This document shows, piece by piece, positions 8,617 to 19,568 of a stretch of 64,000 nucleotides of DNA. Position 1 is the first letter of the stretch. Each line of letters starts with the position of its first letter. This stretch comes from Alphaproteobacteria bacterium (GTDB lineage: Bacteria; Pseudomonadota; Alphaproteobacteria; SPJN01): the NCBI GenBank assembly GCA_049609145.1, contig JBMYYF010000002.1, forward strand, positions 372,839 to 436,838, in the 5' to 3' direction. Position numbers and translations under genes: made by a program. The notes under the pieces are model-generated. The model saw nothing but the letters and a program-made list of their open reading frames with translations, was not told the origin of the DNA and searched no databases.

Positions 8617-8707
8617 TGCCTGTGATCCTTTGATTTGTTGATGAGCCTCTAAGAGGAGATGTGGTTACGATTCGGTCGTGATTTGATCCGGCCGTGTTTG
8701 GATTGCT

Positions 8708-9385
8708 TTAATCTTCAAAACCAACGAACACCGTTGCCTCTTCCACGCTTTTGCGCTCCGACACAACGGCGTTGGCAGGGAAACTTTCATCCGGCCACCC
8801 CAGGGCAACAGCTTTCATAATAACCTGATCGTCGGCAATGCCCGCACATTCGCGCACTACGGGAGATTGCATGATGCCTTGAGAATTGATCACGGCCCCA
8901 AGGCCGCGTGACCAAGCTGCATTCACCAGCGCCGTTGTCACCGCGCCGCAATCGAAGGGGGTGTCGTCACTGCCATTCAAGACGCGATCATAGGTGATGA
9001 TGATACAGACCGGCGCATCAAATTGGCGAAAGCCGCGCATCACCCAATCCAGGCGTTTTTCTTTGTCGTCGCGGGCAATATCCATGGCGGAAAATAGTTG
9101 TTTGGCCACACCAATTTGCCGTTCGCGGTGTTGGCCCGCAAAGGGGTCACCGATACGAAACTCGCGCGAATGGGGAATGCCCGCCAAATTTCGTTCTGTG
9201 TTGCCTTGGCGAATACGATCCAGAGGTGCGCCGGTTACGACATAGAAGTTCCATGGTTGGGTGTTCATGGAAGATGGCGCACGCATGGCAAGCGTGATGA
9301 CTTCTTCAATCAGTTTGCGTGGCACGGCTTTGGGCTGATAGCCGCGAATGCTGCGCCGTCCCATAATAACATCATCAAATTCCAT
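8708..9385 (-). CDS. nitroreductase family protein
   Basis: N-terminal RRSIRGY motif, with ...PSSMNTQPW further in, typical of NAD(P)H nitroreductases. Confidence 0.8.
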   Translation of the reverse strand: MEFDDVIMGRRSIRGYQPKAVPRKLIEEVITLAMRAPSSMNTQPWNFYVVTGAPLDRIRQGNTERNLAGIPHSREFRIGDPFAGQHRERQIGVAKQLFSAMDIARDDKEKRLDWVMRGFRQFDAPVCIIITYDRVLNGSDDTPFDCGAVTTALVNAAWSRGLGAVINSQGIMQSPVVRECAGIADDQVIMKAVALGWPDESFPANAVVSERKSVEEATVFVGFED

Positions 9386-9538
9386 ATTATGCCCCGAAAA
9401 CTGTTGTGCCCGTTAGGTAAGGCAAGCGTGGCCAAAAAGAAAGGGTGGCGGGGGTCAATTTGCGCCTATTGCGGCGTGGCACCGCGTATGCGGGTATGAT
9501 GGTGCTTGCTAAGACAGGTGTGGATTGAGGGGGCGAGC

Positions 9539-11071
9539 ATGACAGACGCGCAGAAAAACTTGGATGACAAGACACCCATTTTGGTGGGGGCCGGGCAATA
9601 TGTAGAGCGTCAGGCAACGCCGCATGGGCCAATGTATTTGGCCTCACAAGCGGCGGCGGGAGCGGTTGCCGATTGTGGCGCACCAAATATCGCCGCTCAT
9701 ATCGATACGATCGGTGTGATTCGCCTGTTCTCCGATTCATTGGGACCGTGGACCGGCAAACATGGGCGCAGCAACAATCCACCGCAATCAATTGCCAAGG
9801 CAATCGGGGCGTCCCCGAAAACACGCATCTACAGCCCCGTAGGCGGCAATGAACCACTATCTTTGCTGATCGAATGTGCCAAGGATATTGCTGAAGGCAA
9901 AAAAGAGATGGCACTGATCGCCGGATCGGAGGCTATAAAAAACCAGCGTCAGGCCGATCGTGATGATCAGACATTGTCATGGGATGAAGTATTTGATGAG
10001 CCGTTTGATGATCGGTTGGCCCCGCCTTCTTTGTTGACGGTGCAGGAACGCTATTCCGGTCTGGCAACACCCATTCGCACCTACAGCCTGTTTGATCAGG
10101 CCCGGCGCCATGCGCAGCGGGCAGACCTTGCCTCCTACAGTAATGCCATGGCGGCGTTGATGGCACCTTTGAGTGAAGTTGCCGCCCAAAACCCCTATGC
10201 CCAGTTTCCTGAAAGCTACAGCGCCGATGACATTGCCAAGTCACGGCAGCTCACACACATGTATACCGGGCGTATGGTGGCGCGTGATGCGGTCAATTTG
10301 GGTGCCGCTGTCCTCGTGTGCAGTGTTGGGAAGGCCAAGCAGCTTGCCATCCCTCAAGATCGCTGGGTGTTTTTGCATGGATTGGCCGAAGGCAAGGAAC
10401 TGCGCCCAAGTGAACGGCCAAATCTTGCCACCTCACCCATGGCGGGCAAGGTTGTGGATCGGGCACTCGATCTGGCGGAAAAAGACATCGCAGGCATTGA
10501 TGGGCTTGATATTTATAGCTGTTTTCCCTGTGCGGTAAGTATGTTGACGGATCATCTGGGTATTCCAACCGATGGCAGCCGCGCGCTGACACTGACCGGC
10601 GGGCTGCCTTATCTTGGAGGCCCCGGCAATAATTACAGTATGCACGCTTTGGCAGAGGCTCTTTGGCGCTGCCGCCAGCGACCGGATGATTTTACGCTGG
10701 TCACGTGCAATGGAGGCTTTTTGTCCAAACATGCCACCGGCGTTTTCTCTGCGGTGCCCAGTTTGAGAGACTGGAGCCGCGTTGAGACACGGATTTCGCA
10801 ATCCGGGCTGGATAAAAAGCCGTTGGCGACGCACCCGACCGGTGGGCGCATCATCTCATACGCCGTGGATTACTGGGGCAGCGACACCCCCACAGGCGCG
10901 TGTGTTCTGGCTGAAACTGATACGGGTGAGCGGTTTATCTGCACAACAGCAGAAGGTGACAACGCCACCGCCGCAAGTTTTGCCGATGCCGATGACCTGA
11001 CAGGCAGGCTGATCCTTACGCGCCCGGCCAATGTGGAACAAGAGACGTTCCATTTCGCGTTGTCGCTATAA
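9539..11071 (+). CDS. thiolase-like (SCP-x/thiolase superfamily) protein
   Basis: Thiolase-fold signatures are present (GGLPYLGGPGNNYSMHALAE, CNGGFLSKHATG). RBS GAGGGGG precedes the ATG at 9539. The upstream in-frame extension is rejected. Confidence 0.65.
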   Translation: MTDAQKNLDDKTPILVGAGQYVERQATPHGPMYLASQAAAGAVADCGAPNIAAHIDTIGVIRLFSDSLGPWTGKHGRSNNPPQSIAKAIGASPKTRIYSPVGGNEPLSLLIECAKDIAEGKKEMALIAGSEAIKNQRQADRDDQTLSWDEVFDEPFDDRLAPPSLLTVQERYSGLATPIRTYSLFDQARRHAQRADLASYSNAMAALMAPLSEVAAQNPYAQFPESYSADDIAKSRQLTHMYTGRMVARDAVNLGAAVLVCSVGKAKQLAIPQDRWVFLHGLAEGKELRPSERPNLATSPMAGKVVDRALDLAEKDIAGIDGLDIYSCFPCAVSMLTDHLGIPTDGSRALTLTGGLPYLGGPGNNYSMHALAEALWRCRQRPDDFTLVTCNGGFLSKHATGVFSAVPSLRDWSRVETRISQSGLDKKPLATHPTGGRIISYAVDYWGSDTPTGACVLAETDTGERFICTTAEGDNATAASFADADDLTGRLILTRPANVEQETFHFALSL

Positions 11072-11151
11072 AATCTTCGGCGGGATGCCGATTGAAGGCT
11101 GGTCTTTGCTGCTCTATGTTGCAACCAGAGGAAGTGTTGAGGGGAAATCTA

Positions 11152-13593
11152 ATGCGTAGTTTGAAACTGGCGGTAGCCATTGTGGCTACCCAGCTTGGGT
11201 TGGTTGTGTCTGTGTCTGCGCAAGAGGCGGGGGACGTGCTGGAGGTGGATGTTGCTGAGGAAGGCACAGCCCAGGAAAATTCCGTTGCGCCGCAGAAGAA
11301 CGCGCAGCTTGATGAAATTATCGTAACGGCGCAAAAGCGCGAAAAGCGTTTGCAAGATGTGCCTATGGCTATTTCTGCCTTCGGGCGCGAGGCCATTGAG
11401 GCGAACGAGATTAACAACATTGAAGATTTGACCAAGTTGGTGCCGTCTTTGCGGGTAACGCCGGCAGATGACCCGACCAATACCAGCCTGCGCATTCGCG
11501 GTGTTGGCACAGATGTTTATTCCATCGCGGTTGAACCGAACGTGTCGGTTGTTGTTGATGAGGTGCCCTTGGCGCGTACAGCCATTGCCAGCTTTGAATT
11601 TGCCGATCTGGAGCGGGTGGAGGTGATGCGCGGCCCTCAAGGCACGCTTTTTGGCAAAAATTCGACCGCCGGGTTGATCCACGTTATTTCGCGCGACCCG
11701 TCGCAGGATTTTGAGGCGTTCGCGCGTGCTGTTCATGAACAGCCAAATGATTTGCCCGGCAGTTTGACGAATTTTCAGGCTGGGGCCAGCGGTCCCGTAT
11801 CTGACAGTGTGGGATTGCGTCTTACCGGTTTTTACAAATTTGTCGGGGGGCATTTGGAAAATGTACTCAATGGCGAAAATTTGCCTGATCGGGAATCCTT
11901 TGGTGCACGCGGCAAACTGATGTGGGATGGCCCGGCACTGACCGCCCGGTTGAACACGGAATTCCAGCGTTCCACGGGGCCTTCCACCCCCTTCGTACCG
12001 CGCACCGTAAACCCCGATGTGGCCTCACGCAGCCCGGAAATCACCTATGGTGAGGAAAACACCAAGACCAAAGCATATGACAATGCCGTTTCCGACGTTG
12101 ATAATTTTGGTACATCGTTAAAGCTGGATTGGGATTTGGGGGCGGTCACGCTGACCTCTGTTACCGGCTGGCGTTATTTCCACATCTTGCGTGATTTTAC
12201 CGTGCCCGAAGTGGATGGGGACCGGATTGATCTGCCGCGCAATGGTGGTGATCGTGACATTCAAACCCTGACGCAAGAGGTGCGCATAACGTCGAATGAT
12301 GCCGGGGCGTTTGAATATACCGTAGGCGCGCTGTGGTTCCAAAACCGCTTGCGCAACTTCTTTGAACGACGCATTGCGAATGTGCCGACGACCTATTTGA
12401 TTGTCGCAGGCTCACCGCTGCCATTGCCCTATATCGTGCTGCCAGAAGAACTTGAAGCTGTGCCGGGGGAAAGCTTCGGATCGTATGAGCGCACCCGTGG
12501 GTTGGTGCGCACCCGTAATCTTGGCGTATTTGCGCAATCAACCTGGCACGCAACGGATCGGTTGCATGTGACAGCGGGGGCGCGGTTCATCTATGAAAAG
12601 CAAATCGGGGAGCGTCAATCGCACAGTCATCTGTATAATGAAACAACGGGAATTGAATTTCAGGAAGCGGATTTCAACATCAGCGATGCAACGATTGAAG
12701 ATCAAACTGTGATCGGCACGTTTTCCTTGCAATATGATGTGGCAGAAAACGCGCGCCTTTATGGCACAATCTCAACGGGTTATCGCGGCGGCGCGTTTGA
12801 TTTTGCCAGCTCCAACCCGGAAGAGGCTTTCGCCAATCCGGTAGAGCCAGAAACCTCCTTGTCGTTTGAAATTGGCAGCAAGTCGCGTTTGTTTGACAAT
12901 CGGTTGGAAATCAACGTGGCCTTGTTCCGCACAGTGTTTGAGGATTTTCAGGCGCAGATCACGGATTTGGGGGATGATGATAATCCGTTGGCTATTTCTG
13001 CCCTAGCGTTCCGGCTGGATAATGCGGGCGAACTAGAAACCAAGGGGATCGAGATTGATTTTCAGGCCCGGCCAAGTGCCTCCTTGTTTATGTTCGGCTC
13101 ATTGCTTTTTGCCGATGCGAAGTTCAACGAGTTTGATACACAGTGCTTTGTCGGGCAGGAGCCCGGCGAAAATGGCGGTGTAGATGGTGATGGAAACGGC
13201 ACATGCGACACCCAAAGTGTGGCCGGGGGCCGTATGCCCAATGCCCCGAAATGGAGCGCGTCGCTCAGCGGGCGTTATGAACATCAGCTCAATCGCAATA
13301 ATGGGCTGGCGTATTTGCAAGTCACCGGGCGGTATGTAGGCGAAGTGCAGTTCAGTGCCGAGCAACATCCGGGGGCGGTGCATGATGCTTATCAAATTTG
13401 GGATATGCGTTTGGGGTGGATCGGCCTGGACGACCGGCTGGAAGTGGCAGCCTATGTGAAGAACGTGTTCGATCAGCACTACGCCTCTGCCATTGTGCCG
13501 TTTTCGATCACCAATGATCGGCGTGATCTGGCGCATTTTGTGCCGCGGGATACGGATCGAAACTTTGGCCTTTCTGTCGGGTATCAGTTCTAG
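11152..13593 (+). CDS. TonB-dependent receptor
   Basis: Signal peptide, then a TonB box/plug (DEIIVTAQKREKRLQDVPMAISAF), then a long beta-barrel ending in a C-terminal aromatic residue (...GYQF). Confidence 0.85.
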   Translation: MRSLKLAVAIVATQLGLVVSVSAQEAGDVLEVDVAEEGTAQENSVAPQKNAQLDEIIVTAQKREKRLQDVPMAISAFGREAIEANEINNIEDLTKLVPSLRVTPADDPTNTSLRIRGVGTDVYSIAVEPNVSVVVDEVPLARTAIASFEFADLERVEVMRGPQGTLFGKNSTAGLIHVISRDPSQDFEAFARAVHEQPNDLPGSLTNFQAGASGPVSDSVGLRLTGFYKFVGGHLENVLNGENLPDRESFGARGKLMWDGPALTARLNTEFQRSTGPSTPFVPRTVNPDVASRSPEITYGEENTKTKAYDNAVSDVDNFGTSLKLDWDLGAVTLTSVTGWRYFHILRDFTVPEVDGDRIDLPRNGGDRDIQTLTQEVRITSNDAGAFEYTVGALWFQNRLRNFFERRIANVPTTYLIVAGSPLPLPYIVLPEELEAVPGESFGSYERTRGLVRTRNLGVFAQSTWHATDRLHVTAGARFIYEKQIGERQSHSHLYNETTGIEFQEADFNISDATIEDQTVIGTFSLQYDVAENARLYGTISTGYRGGAFDFASSNPEEAFANPVEPETSLSFEIGSKSRLFDNRLEINVALFRTVFEDFQAQITDLGDDDNPLAISALAFRLDNAGELETKGIEIDFQARPSASLFMFGSLLFADAKFNEFDTQCFVGQEPGENGGVDGDGNGTCDTQSVAGGRMPNAPKWSASLSGRYEHQLNRNNGLAYLQVTGRYVGEVQFSAEQHPGAVHDAYQIWDMRLGWIGLDDRLEVAAYVKNVFDQHYASAIVPFSITNDRRDLAHFVPRDTDRNFGLSVGYQF

Positions 13594-13616
13594 GGTTGAA
13601 ACGCTTTGGGGGCGGA

Positions 13617-14543
13617 ATGATGCGGTGGTTTTTGCGGATCGTTTTTGGTTTGGTGATTGTTGCCTGTGTTGGTTCAGGGGTGGTGGTTTGGCAGTTTAAC
13701 AAGCAAAACTTTGTCGCTGATCCGTCTGCGCCGGAATATCAAAACCGTATTGTTGCGCTTTGGCCGGAAGATGCGGTGCCGGACTATAAGTCCAATGCAT
13801 ATGGGCTTGAAAACTGGCCGTGGTATATTCGCTATTTGCAAAAAGATGATGTGGCGCATAAGCCCTATATGCTGAAATATCTGGTCGAAAGTGATACGCC
13901 GCAGCCAGCCGTTCTGGTGTTTCCCGGCGGTGGTTACCTCATCCGTGCAGAGCGGCACGAAGGCACCAAAATGGCGGAGTGGTTGAATAGCCTTGGGATC
14001 AACGCCTTTGTAGTGAACTATCGGCTTGTGCCTTATATGCACCCCGTGCCGCTGAACGATGTGAAACAGGCCATGCAGATTGTGCGGGACAATGCCGATG
14101 CGTGGGGAATTGATCCAAATCGAATTGGTGTGATGGGCTTTTCTGCCGGGGGGCATCTGGCGGGGCTGGCGTCAAACGCGGTGCCGGATGCATTGCGGCC
14201 TGATTTCGCCATTTTGGGTTACGCCGTGCTGGCACCTGAGCATTTTCCGATGACACATCTGGACGATCACATCGATGTGCCGGTGAAAGAAGTGTCACCC
14301 AATTTATTGGCAACGGCTAAAACGCCACCAACCTTCATTTGGCAAACAAAGGCAGACCCCCTTGTCTCGCATGAAAATGCCACTATCTACCGTGACACAT
14401 TGCAGGCAGCCGGAGTGCCGGTGGAGTTGCAGTTGTTCGAAACGGGCGGACATGGCTTGGGCTTGGCGGAAGACCATGAAGAGGCAGGCGTTTGGCCTGA
14501 TTTGGCGGAGGCGTGGTTGCGTCGCGGTGGTATTATAGAATAA
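13617..14543 (+). CDS. alpha/beta hydrolase (esterase/lipase-like), membrane-anchored or secreted
   Basis: N-terminal hydrophobic segment. Esterase motifs are readable: VLVFPGGGY and the nucleophile elbow GFSAGG. Confidence 0.75.
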   Translation: MMRWFLRIVFGLVIVACVGSGVVVWQFNKQNFVADPSAPEYQNRIVALWPEDAVPDYKSNAYGLENWPWYIRYLQKDDVAHKPYMLKYLVESDTPQPAVLVFPGGGYLIRAERHEGTKMAEWLNSLGINAFVVNYRLVPYMHPVPLNDVKQAMQIVRDNADAWGIDPNRIGVMGFSAGGHLAGLASNAVPDALRPDFAILGYAVLAPEHFPMTHLDDHIDVPVKEVSPNLLATAKTPPTFIWQTKADPLVSHENATIYRDTLQAAGVPVELQLFETGGHGLGLAEDHEEAGVWPDLAEAWLRRGGIIE

Positions 14544-14553
14544 GCAGCGTTGC

Positions 14554-16446
14554 TTATTGGCCGGTTGTTTCCTGCTCTTTCTGTTTTTCTTCTTCTTCGG
14601 CGGCTTCCATATCTGCCTTGATTGCGTCACGCAGCAATTTTTCCAATTTGATAAATAGGGTATGAAAACTGGTGTCTGCCGCGCCGCCTCCTGTTTCGCG
14701 CCAATTGGCGTAAAGAATATCGTCGTGTTCCCGGTCCATGCGGATAAAGTTTTTGCGAATGCGTTCTGCTTTTAGATAGGGTAGGCCTAAACGGAAAAGG
14801 GCATCGCGGCCTAATTCGACAGCCGAGTTGTAGGTCTCGGTAATCACGTAATCTGCCTTTGCTGCGCGCAGTTCATAGCTGTGGATACGATCAAGCGCGC
14901 GGGCCAAAATCTGCACATGGGGATGGGCGTGTTTGAGGTGTTCGACCAACCGCACGGATTTGTCCTTGTCGCCGATGGCGACCACCACCAGCAGGGCATC
15001 GTCCACACCTGCCATGCGCAGCAGGTCGGGCTTGGTGGCATCGCCATAAAAACTCTTTACGCCAATCTGGTGCATCAGTGAAATTTGTGAATGCTTGTCG
15101 TCCAGTACCACGGTTTCAATGCCGTTTGCGGTCAACATCCGGTTGACGATTTGGCCAAACCGCCCAATGCCGGCAATGATGACCGGGCCTTGCTGATCGA
15201 TTTCATCGATAAAAGGCAGATTGTCCAATTTGCTGTAACGCGGGGTGACAACCTTGTCGAACAGGATGAACAAAGCCGGCGTCAGGAACATGGAAAGCGC
15301 CACGACCATAGAAAGCATCTGCGCCAATTCCTGCGGAATAACGCTCTGGCCGACGCCGTAATTCAGCAAAACAAAGCCGAATTCGCCGGCTTGTGCAAGG
15401 CTGAGTGCAAACAACCAACGGTTTTTCGCGCGCACCTTAAAAATAAAAGCCAGGGTGAGCAAAATACCCGCCTTGGAAACCATCAAGGCCAGTGTCAACA
15501 ACAAGATGATGCGCCAGCTTTCCATGAACACATCAAAATCAATACCCGCGCCAACCGTGATAAAGAACAGGCCAAGCAACAGCCCTTTGAACGGATCAAT
15601 ACTGGCTTCCAGTTCATGGCGGAATTCGGAATTGGCCAGAATGACCCCTGCCAGAAAGGCCCCAAGGGCAGGCGACAGGCCGATTAACGCCATTAAGGCT
15701 GAAATGCCGATCACCAGCATAAGGGCGGCAGCGGTAAAAACTTCATGCAGCTTGGCGTCCGCTACAAAGCGAAACAGCGGACGGGTAAGAAAATGCCCGA
15801 TCAGGCCAAGGCCTCCAATGGCGGCGGCCACCACGATCACCCGGCCCCAGGCGGGTAGTTGCGCAACAAGGCTAAGCTCACCCCCATGTGCGTCGGCTTC
15901 AGCCGCGGCTTTGCTGGCTTCCTGCACCAGTTCTGGCAGCGCAAGCAAGGGCATGAGGGCCAAAATGGGAATGACCGCAATGTCCTGAAACAGCAGCACG
16001 GAAAGCGAGGCATTGGCCCCATCGGTTTTGTTGAGGCCCTTTTCGTTCATGGTTTGCAGCACGATAGCGGTGGACGAAAGCGCCAGCAGCGATGCTACAG
16101 CCAAAGCGGTGCTCCAATGTAAGCCAAACTGCATGCCGATGGCGGCAAACAAGCCGGTTGTCAGCGTGACTTGAAGGCCCCCCAGCCCAAACAAGCGCTT
16201 GCGCATGCGCCACAAGGCTTGTGGCGCAAGCTCAAGGCCCACCAGAAACAACATCATCACAACGCCGAATTCAGCAAAATGCTGGATCGTGTTGGTTTCC
16301 TGCCCGACCAATCCGGCCAGAGGCCCAATTATGACCCCGGCAATCAGATAGCCCAGCACGGACCCCATGCCAAGTTTCTTCGCCAAGGGTACCAGTATTA
16401 CGGCGGATGCAAGATAGATGAAGGCTTGAATAAAGTATTCGGTCAT
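14554..16446 (-). CDS. kefC: glutathione-regulated K+ efflux antiporter (CPA2 family, KefB/KefC-type) with C-terminal RCK/TrkA-N domain
   Basis: Roughly 12-13 TM CPA2 core, then a C-terminal NAD-binding RCK fold (IIAGIGRFGQIV). About 630 aa, like KefB/KefC. Confidence 0.8.
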   Translation of the reverse strand: MTEYFIQAFIYLASAVILVPLAKKLGMGSVLGYLIAGVIIGPLAGLVGQETNTIQHFAEFGVVMMLFLVGLELAPQALWRMRKRLFGLGGLQVTLTTGLFAAIGMQFGLHWSTALAVASLLALSSTAIVLQTMNEKGLNKTDGANASLSVLLFQDIAVIPILALMPLLALPELVQEASKAAAEADAHGGELSLVAQLPAWGRVIVVAAAIGGLGLIGHFLTRPLFRFVADAKLHEVFTAAALMLVIGISALMALIGLSPALGAFLAGVILANSEFRHELEASIDPFKGLLLGLFFITVGAGIDFDVFMESWRIILLLTLALMVSKAGILLTLAFIFKVRAKNRWLFALSLAQAGEFGFVLLNYGVGQSVIPQELAQMLSMVVALSMFLTPALFILFDKVVTPRYSKLDNLPFIDEIDQQGPVIIAGIGRFGQIVNRMLTANGIETVVLDDKHSQISLMHQIGVKSFYGDATKPDLLRMAGVDDALLVVVAIGDKDKSVRLVEHLKHAHPHVQILARALDRIHSYELRAAKADYVITETYNSAVELGRDALFRLGLPYLKAERIRKNFIRMDREHDDILYANWRETGGGAADTSFHTLFIKLEKLLRDAIKADMEAAEEEEKQKEQETTGQ

Positions 16447-16571
16447 AAGTCTATTCTGATGGGTAATCACGTCATCTTGCAAGACTGCCCTTTTTCTGCT
16501 TTTGAGGGCATCATTATTCCTATCATTAAGCCCGTCCGGGCAGTGGTGTCCTCACGAGAAGGTAAAAACAT

Positions 16572-18710
16572 ATGCAGTATCAAGAGTTTGGCTCCATCAA
16601 GGTGGCCGCGGAACTGGTCAATTTCGTTGAGAATGAGGTGCTGCCCGCCGTGAATGTGGACGCTGCCGCCTTCTGGAAAGGCACGGCAGATATTTTCGAT
16701 AAGTTCGCCGGTGAAAATGCGGCCCTGCTGGCCAAGCGGGAAGATCTGCAAGCCAAAATCGATGCGTGGCACATGGCGAACCCCGGTTTGATCAATGATG
16801 CCGATGCCTATGAGGCCTTTTTGCGCGAAATCGGCTATTTGGTGCCCGAGCCTGCCCCCTTCAAAGTTTCTACAGACAATGTGGATGAAGAACTGGCCAC
16901 CATGGCCGGGCCGCAGCTCGTTGTGCCCTCACTCAATGCGCGGTTCGTGCTGAACGCCGCCAATGCCCGCTGGGGCAGCCTGTATGATGCACTTTATGGC
17001 ACCGATGCGCTGCCCGGTACCGCCAAGCCCGGCGGCTACGACAAGGACCGCGGTGATCAGGTAATTGCCTGGGCGCGCGGCTTTCTGGACCAGGCTGCGC
17101 CCTTGGCCGATGGCAGCCATGCAGATGTGACGGCTTATGGCGTTGCGGGTGGCGCGTTCACGCCTGCGCTTAAAGACCCCAGCCAATTCGCTGGCTACAC
17201 GGGCGACGCTGCCAACCCAAGCTCTGTATTGTTGAAGCATAATGGTTTGCACATCGAAATCTTGATTGCGCCTGATAGCGAAGTTGGCAAGACAGACAAA
17301 GCAGGCGTATCCGATATCATTCTGGAATCCGCGCTTTCCACCATTGTCGACCTTGAAGATTCCGTCGCCGCCGTGGACGCTGAAGACAAAACCGCTGCTT
17401 ACCGCAACTGGTTTGGTCTGATGCGCGGTGATTTGGAAGAAGTGGTGGAGAAGGGCGATCACACCTTCACCCGGCGCATGAACGGCGACAAGCAAATCAC
17501 CTTGGCCGATGGTTCTACCAAAGCATTGCATGGCCGCGCTATGTTGCTGGTGCGCAATGTGGGGCACTTGATGACCAATAATGCTGTGCTGCTGGCCGAT
17601 GGCTCCGAAGCACCGGAAGGCATTTTGGATGGCATTATCACCAGCCTGATTTCGCTGGCCGATGTGGGGGCAAATGGCCGTCGAGGTAACAGCCGCGCCG
17701 GGTCCATCTATATTGTGAAGCCCAAAATGCATGGGCCGGAAGAATGCGCTTTCACCAATAGCTTGTTTGATGCAGTGGAAGACTTGCTGGGGCTGGCGCG
17801 TCACACGATTAAGGTTGGCGTGATGGATGAGGAACGCCGCACCTCTGCTAATCTGGCCGCCTGCATTGAAGCCGTGAAAGGCCGCGTGGTGTTCATCAAC
17901 ACCGGCTTCCTTGATCGCACCGGCGATGAAATTCACACTTCCATGAAGGCTGGTCCGGTGATCCGTAAAGGTGAAATGAAAACTACCGATTGGATTACCT
18001 CCTATGAGGCGCGCAATGTTGCGATTGGTTTAAACTGCGGTTTGAATGGCCGCGCGCAAATCGGCAAGGGCATGTGGGCGGCACCCGATCGCATGGCCGA
18101 CATGCTGAAAGAAAAAATCGGTCATCCGAAAACCGGTGCGAATACGGCCTGGGTGCCAAGCCCCACAGCGGCCACTTTGCACGCTACGCATTATCATCAG
18201 GTAAGTGTCAGTGATGTGCGCGCTGAAATGGGTGATACCCCGGAAGTGCCCGCGCTTTCCAAGCTTCTATCTGTGCCATTGGCCAAAGATACCAATTGGC
18301 CAGACGCCGACATTGAGGCCGAATTGGACAACAACGTGCAAGGCATTTTGGGTTATGTGGTGCGTTGGATTGATCAAGGCATTGGTTGTTCCAAAGTGCC
18401 GGATATCAACGACATCGGCCTGATGGAAGACCGCGCCACGCTGCGTATCTCCTCCCAACACATTGCCAATTGGCTGGCTCATGGTATTTGCACCAAGGAT
18501 CAGGTCGAGGCCGCCTTTGCGCGTATGGCCGTTAAAGTTGATGGTCAAAATGCCGGGGATGCCATCTATACGCCCATGGCACCGTCTCTCGATGGCCTCG
18601 CCATTGAAGCCGCCAAGGCATTGGTGTTTGAAGGCGAAACCCAGCCCAGCGGCTATACAGAGCCGTTGCTGCATGCCTATCGCCTAAAGTGGAAGGCCGC
18701 CCAAGGCTAA
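16572..18710 (+). CDS. glcB: malate synthase G
   Basis: Length of 712 aa and an N-terminus ([25 protein letters not shown]...) characteristic of the GlcB family. Confidence 0.9.
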   Translation: MQYQEFGSIKVAAELVNFVENEVLPAVNVDAAAFWKGTADIFDKFAGENAALLAKREDLQAKIDAWHMANPGLINDADAYEAFLREIGYLVPEPAPFKVSTDNVDEELATMAGPQLVVPSLNARFVLNAANARWGSLYDALYGTDALPGTAKPGGYDKDRGDQVIAWARGFLDQAAPLADGSHADVTAYGVAGGAFTPALKDPSQFAGYTGDAANPSSVLLKHNGLHIEILIAPDSEVGKTDKAGVSDIILESALSTIVDLEDSVAAVDAEDKTAAYRNWFGLMRGDLEEVVEKGDHTFTRRMNGDKQITLADGSTKALHGRAMLLVRNVGHLMTNNAVLLADGSEAPEGILDGIITSLISLADVGANGRRGNSRAGSIYIVKPKMHGPEECAFTNSLFDAVEDLLGLARHTIKVGVMDEERRTSANLAACIEAVKGRVVFINTGFLDRTGDEIHTSMKAGPVIRKGEMKTTDWITSYEARNVAIGLNCGLNGRAQIGKGMWAAPDRMADMLKEKIGHPKTGANTAWVPSPTAATLHATHYHQVSVSDVRAEMGDTPEVPALSKLLSVPLAKDTNWPDADIEAELDNNVQGILGYVVRWIDQGIGCSKVPDINDIGLMEDRATLRISSQHIANWLAHGICTKDQVEAAFARMAVKVDGQNAGDAIYTPMAPSLDGLAIEAAKALVFEGETQPSGYTEPLLHAYRLKWKAAQG

Positions 18711-18734
18711 TCCCCCTCAATTTGCTTGAATTTG

Positions 18735-18776
18735 AAAAGGCGTTGCAATTTTGCGGCGCCTTTTCTGTTTTGCAAA
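18735..18776 (+). terminator. probable Rho-independent terminator after glcB
   Basis: GC-rich stem (aaggcg...cgcctt) followed by ttctgtttt. Confidence 0.4.
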
Positions 18777-18827
18777 TGACATGCGCAGGCAATAGGGTGC
18801 CCCCCAGATTGAAATTGGGGGGATGAC

Positions 18828-19568
18828 ATGACTGAGCTGGTCATACGCGAAGATGTAGACGGGGTGGCGTGGCTGACGCTTAACCGCCCGGAAAAGTTGA
18901 ATTCACTGAATGTGCCAGTGTTTCAACAGTTGGAGACACATATAGACGCTATCGCGACTGATGTTGAAGGCGTTGGGGCTGTGGTTTTGCGCGGTGCGGG
19001 CAAGTGTTTTTCGGCTGGGCATGATCTGGGTGATATCGCCGAGGGGGAAAAATTACCCCGTCCCAATTTTCAGGCACTTATCATTGAAAAGCTGGCAAAC
19101 CTGCCGCAGCCGGTCATCACTGCGGTGCATTCCCATTGTTATACCGGGGCGCTTGAACTGGCGTTGGCGGGCGACATTATTTTGGCGAGCGCCAATGCCA
19201 AATTTGCCGATACCCATGCCAAATGGGCACTGACCCCCGTTTGGGGCATGAGCCAGCGTTTGCCGCGCCGCATCGGCAAGCACAAGGCGATGGAGATGAT
19301 GTTCACGGCGCGCACCTACAAAGCTGATGAGGCAGCGGCCATGGGGTTGGCAAATGCGGTTTACCCGGATGAAAGTTTTGAAGCCGAGGTGAAGGCCTTC
19401 TGCGCCGAAGTGCTGGCCAATAGCTGGTATTCCCTGCGCGCCAACAAGGAGCTGGTGCTGACCAGCGAAGATATGTCGTTAGAGGCAGGTTTGGCGCATG
19501 AAATTTACACGTCCAAAGGGGTGGGGCCGGATATGGCGGACCGTATCGCGGGGTTTGGCAAAAAATGA
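18828..19568 (+). CDS. enoyl-CoA hydratase/isomerase (crotonase) family protein
   Basis: Crotonase-fold signature: NRPEKLNSL...FSAGHDL. Confidence 0.8.
   Translation: MTELVIREDVDGVAWLTLNRPEKLNSLNVPVFQQLETHIDAIATDVEGVGAVVLRGAGKCFSAGHDLGDIAEGEKLPRPNFQALIIEKLANLPQPVITAVHSHCYTGALELALAGDIILASANAKFADTHAKWALTPVWGMSQRLPRRIGKHKAMEMMFTARTYKADEAAAMGLANAVYPDESFEAEVKAFCAEVLANSWYSLRANKELVLTSEDMSLEAGLAHEIYTSKGVGPDMADRIAGFGKK

Noticed and set aside
16929-17936. A 335-aa antisense ORF inside glcB, and many other 60-330 aa ORFs on the opposite strand of confidently assigned genes (e.g. 11149..11853, 22755..23537, 27866..28822, 51027..51965).
   Set aside because: These are high-GC shadow ORFs that fully overlap genes with clear family signatures. 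Their translations are low-complexity, Arg/Gly/His-rich, and lack motifs.
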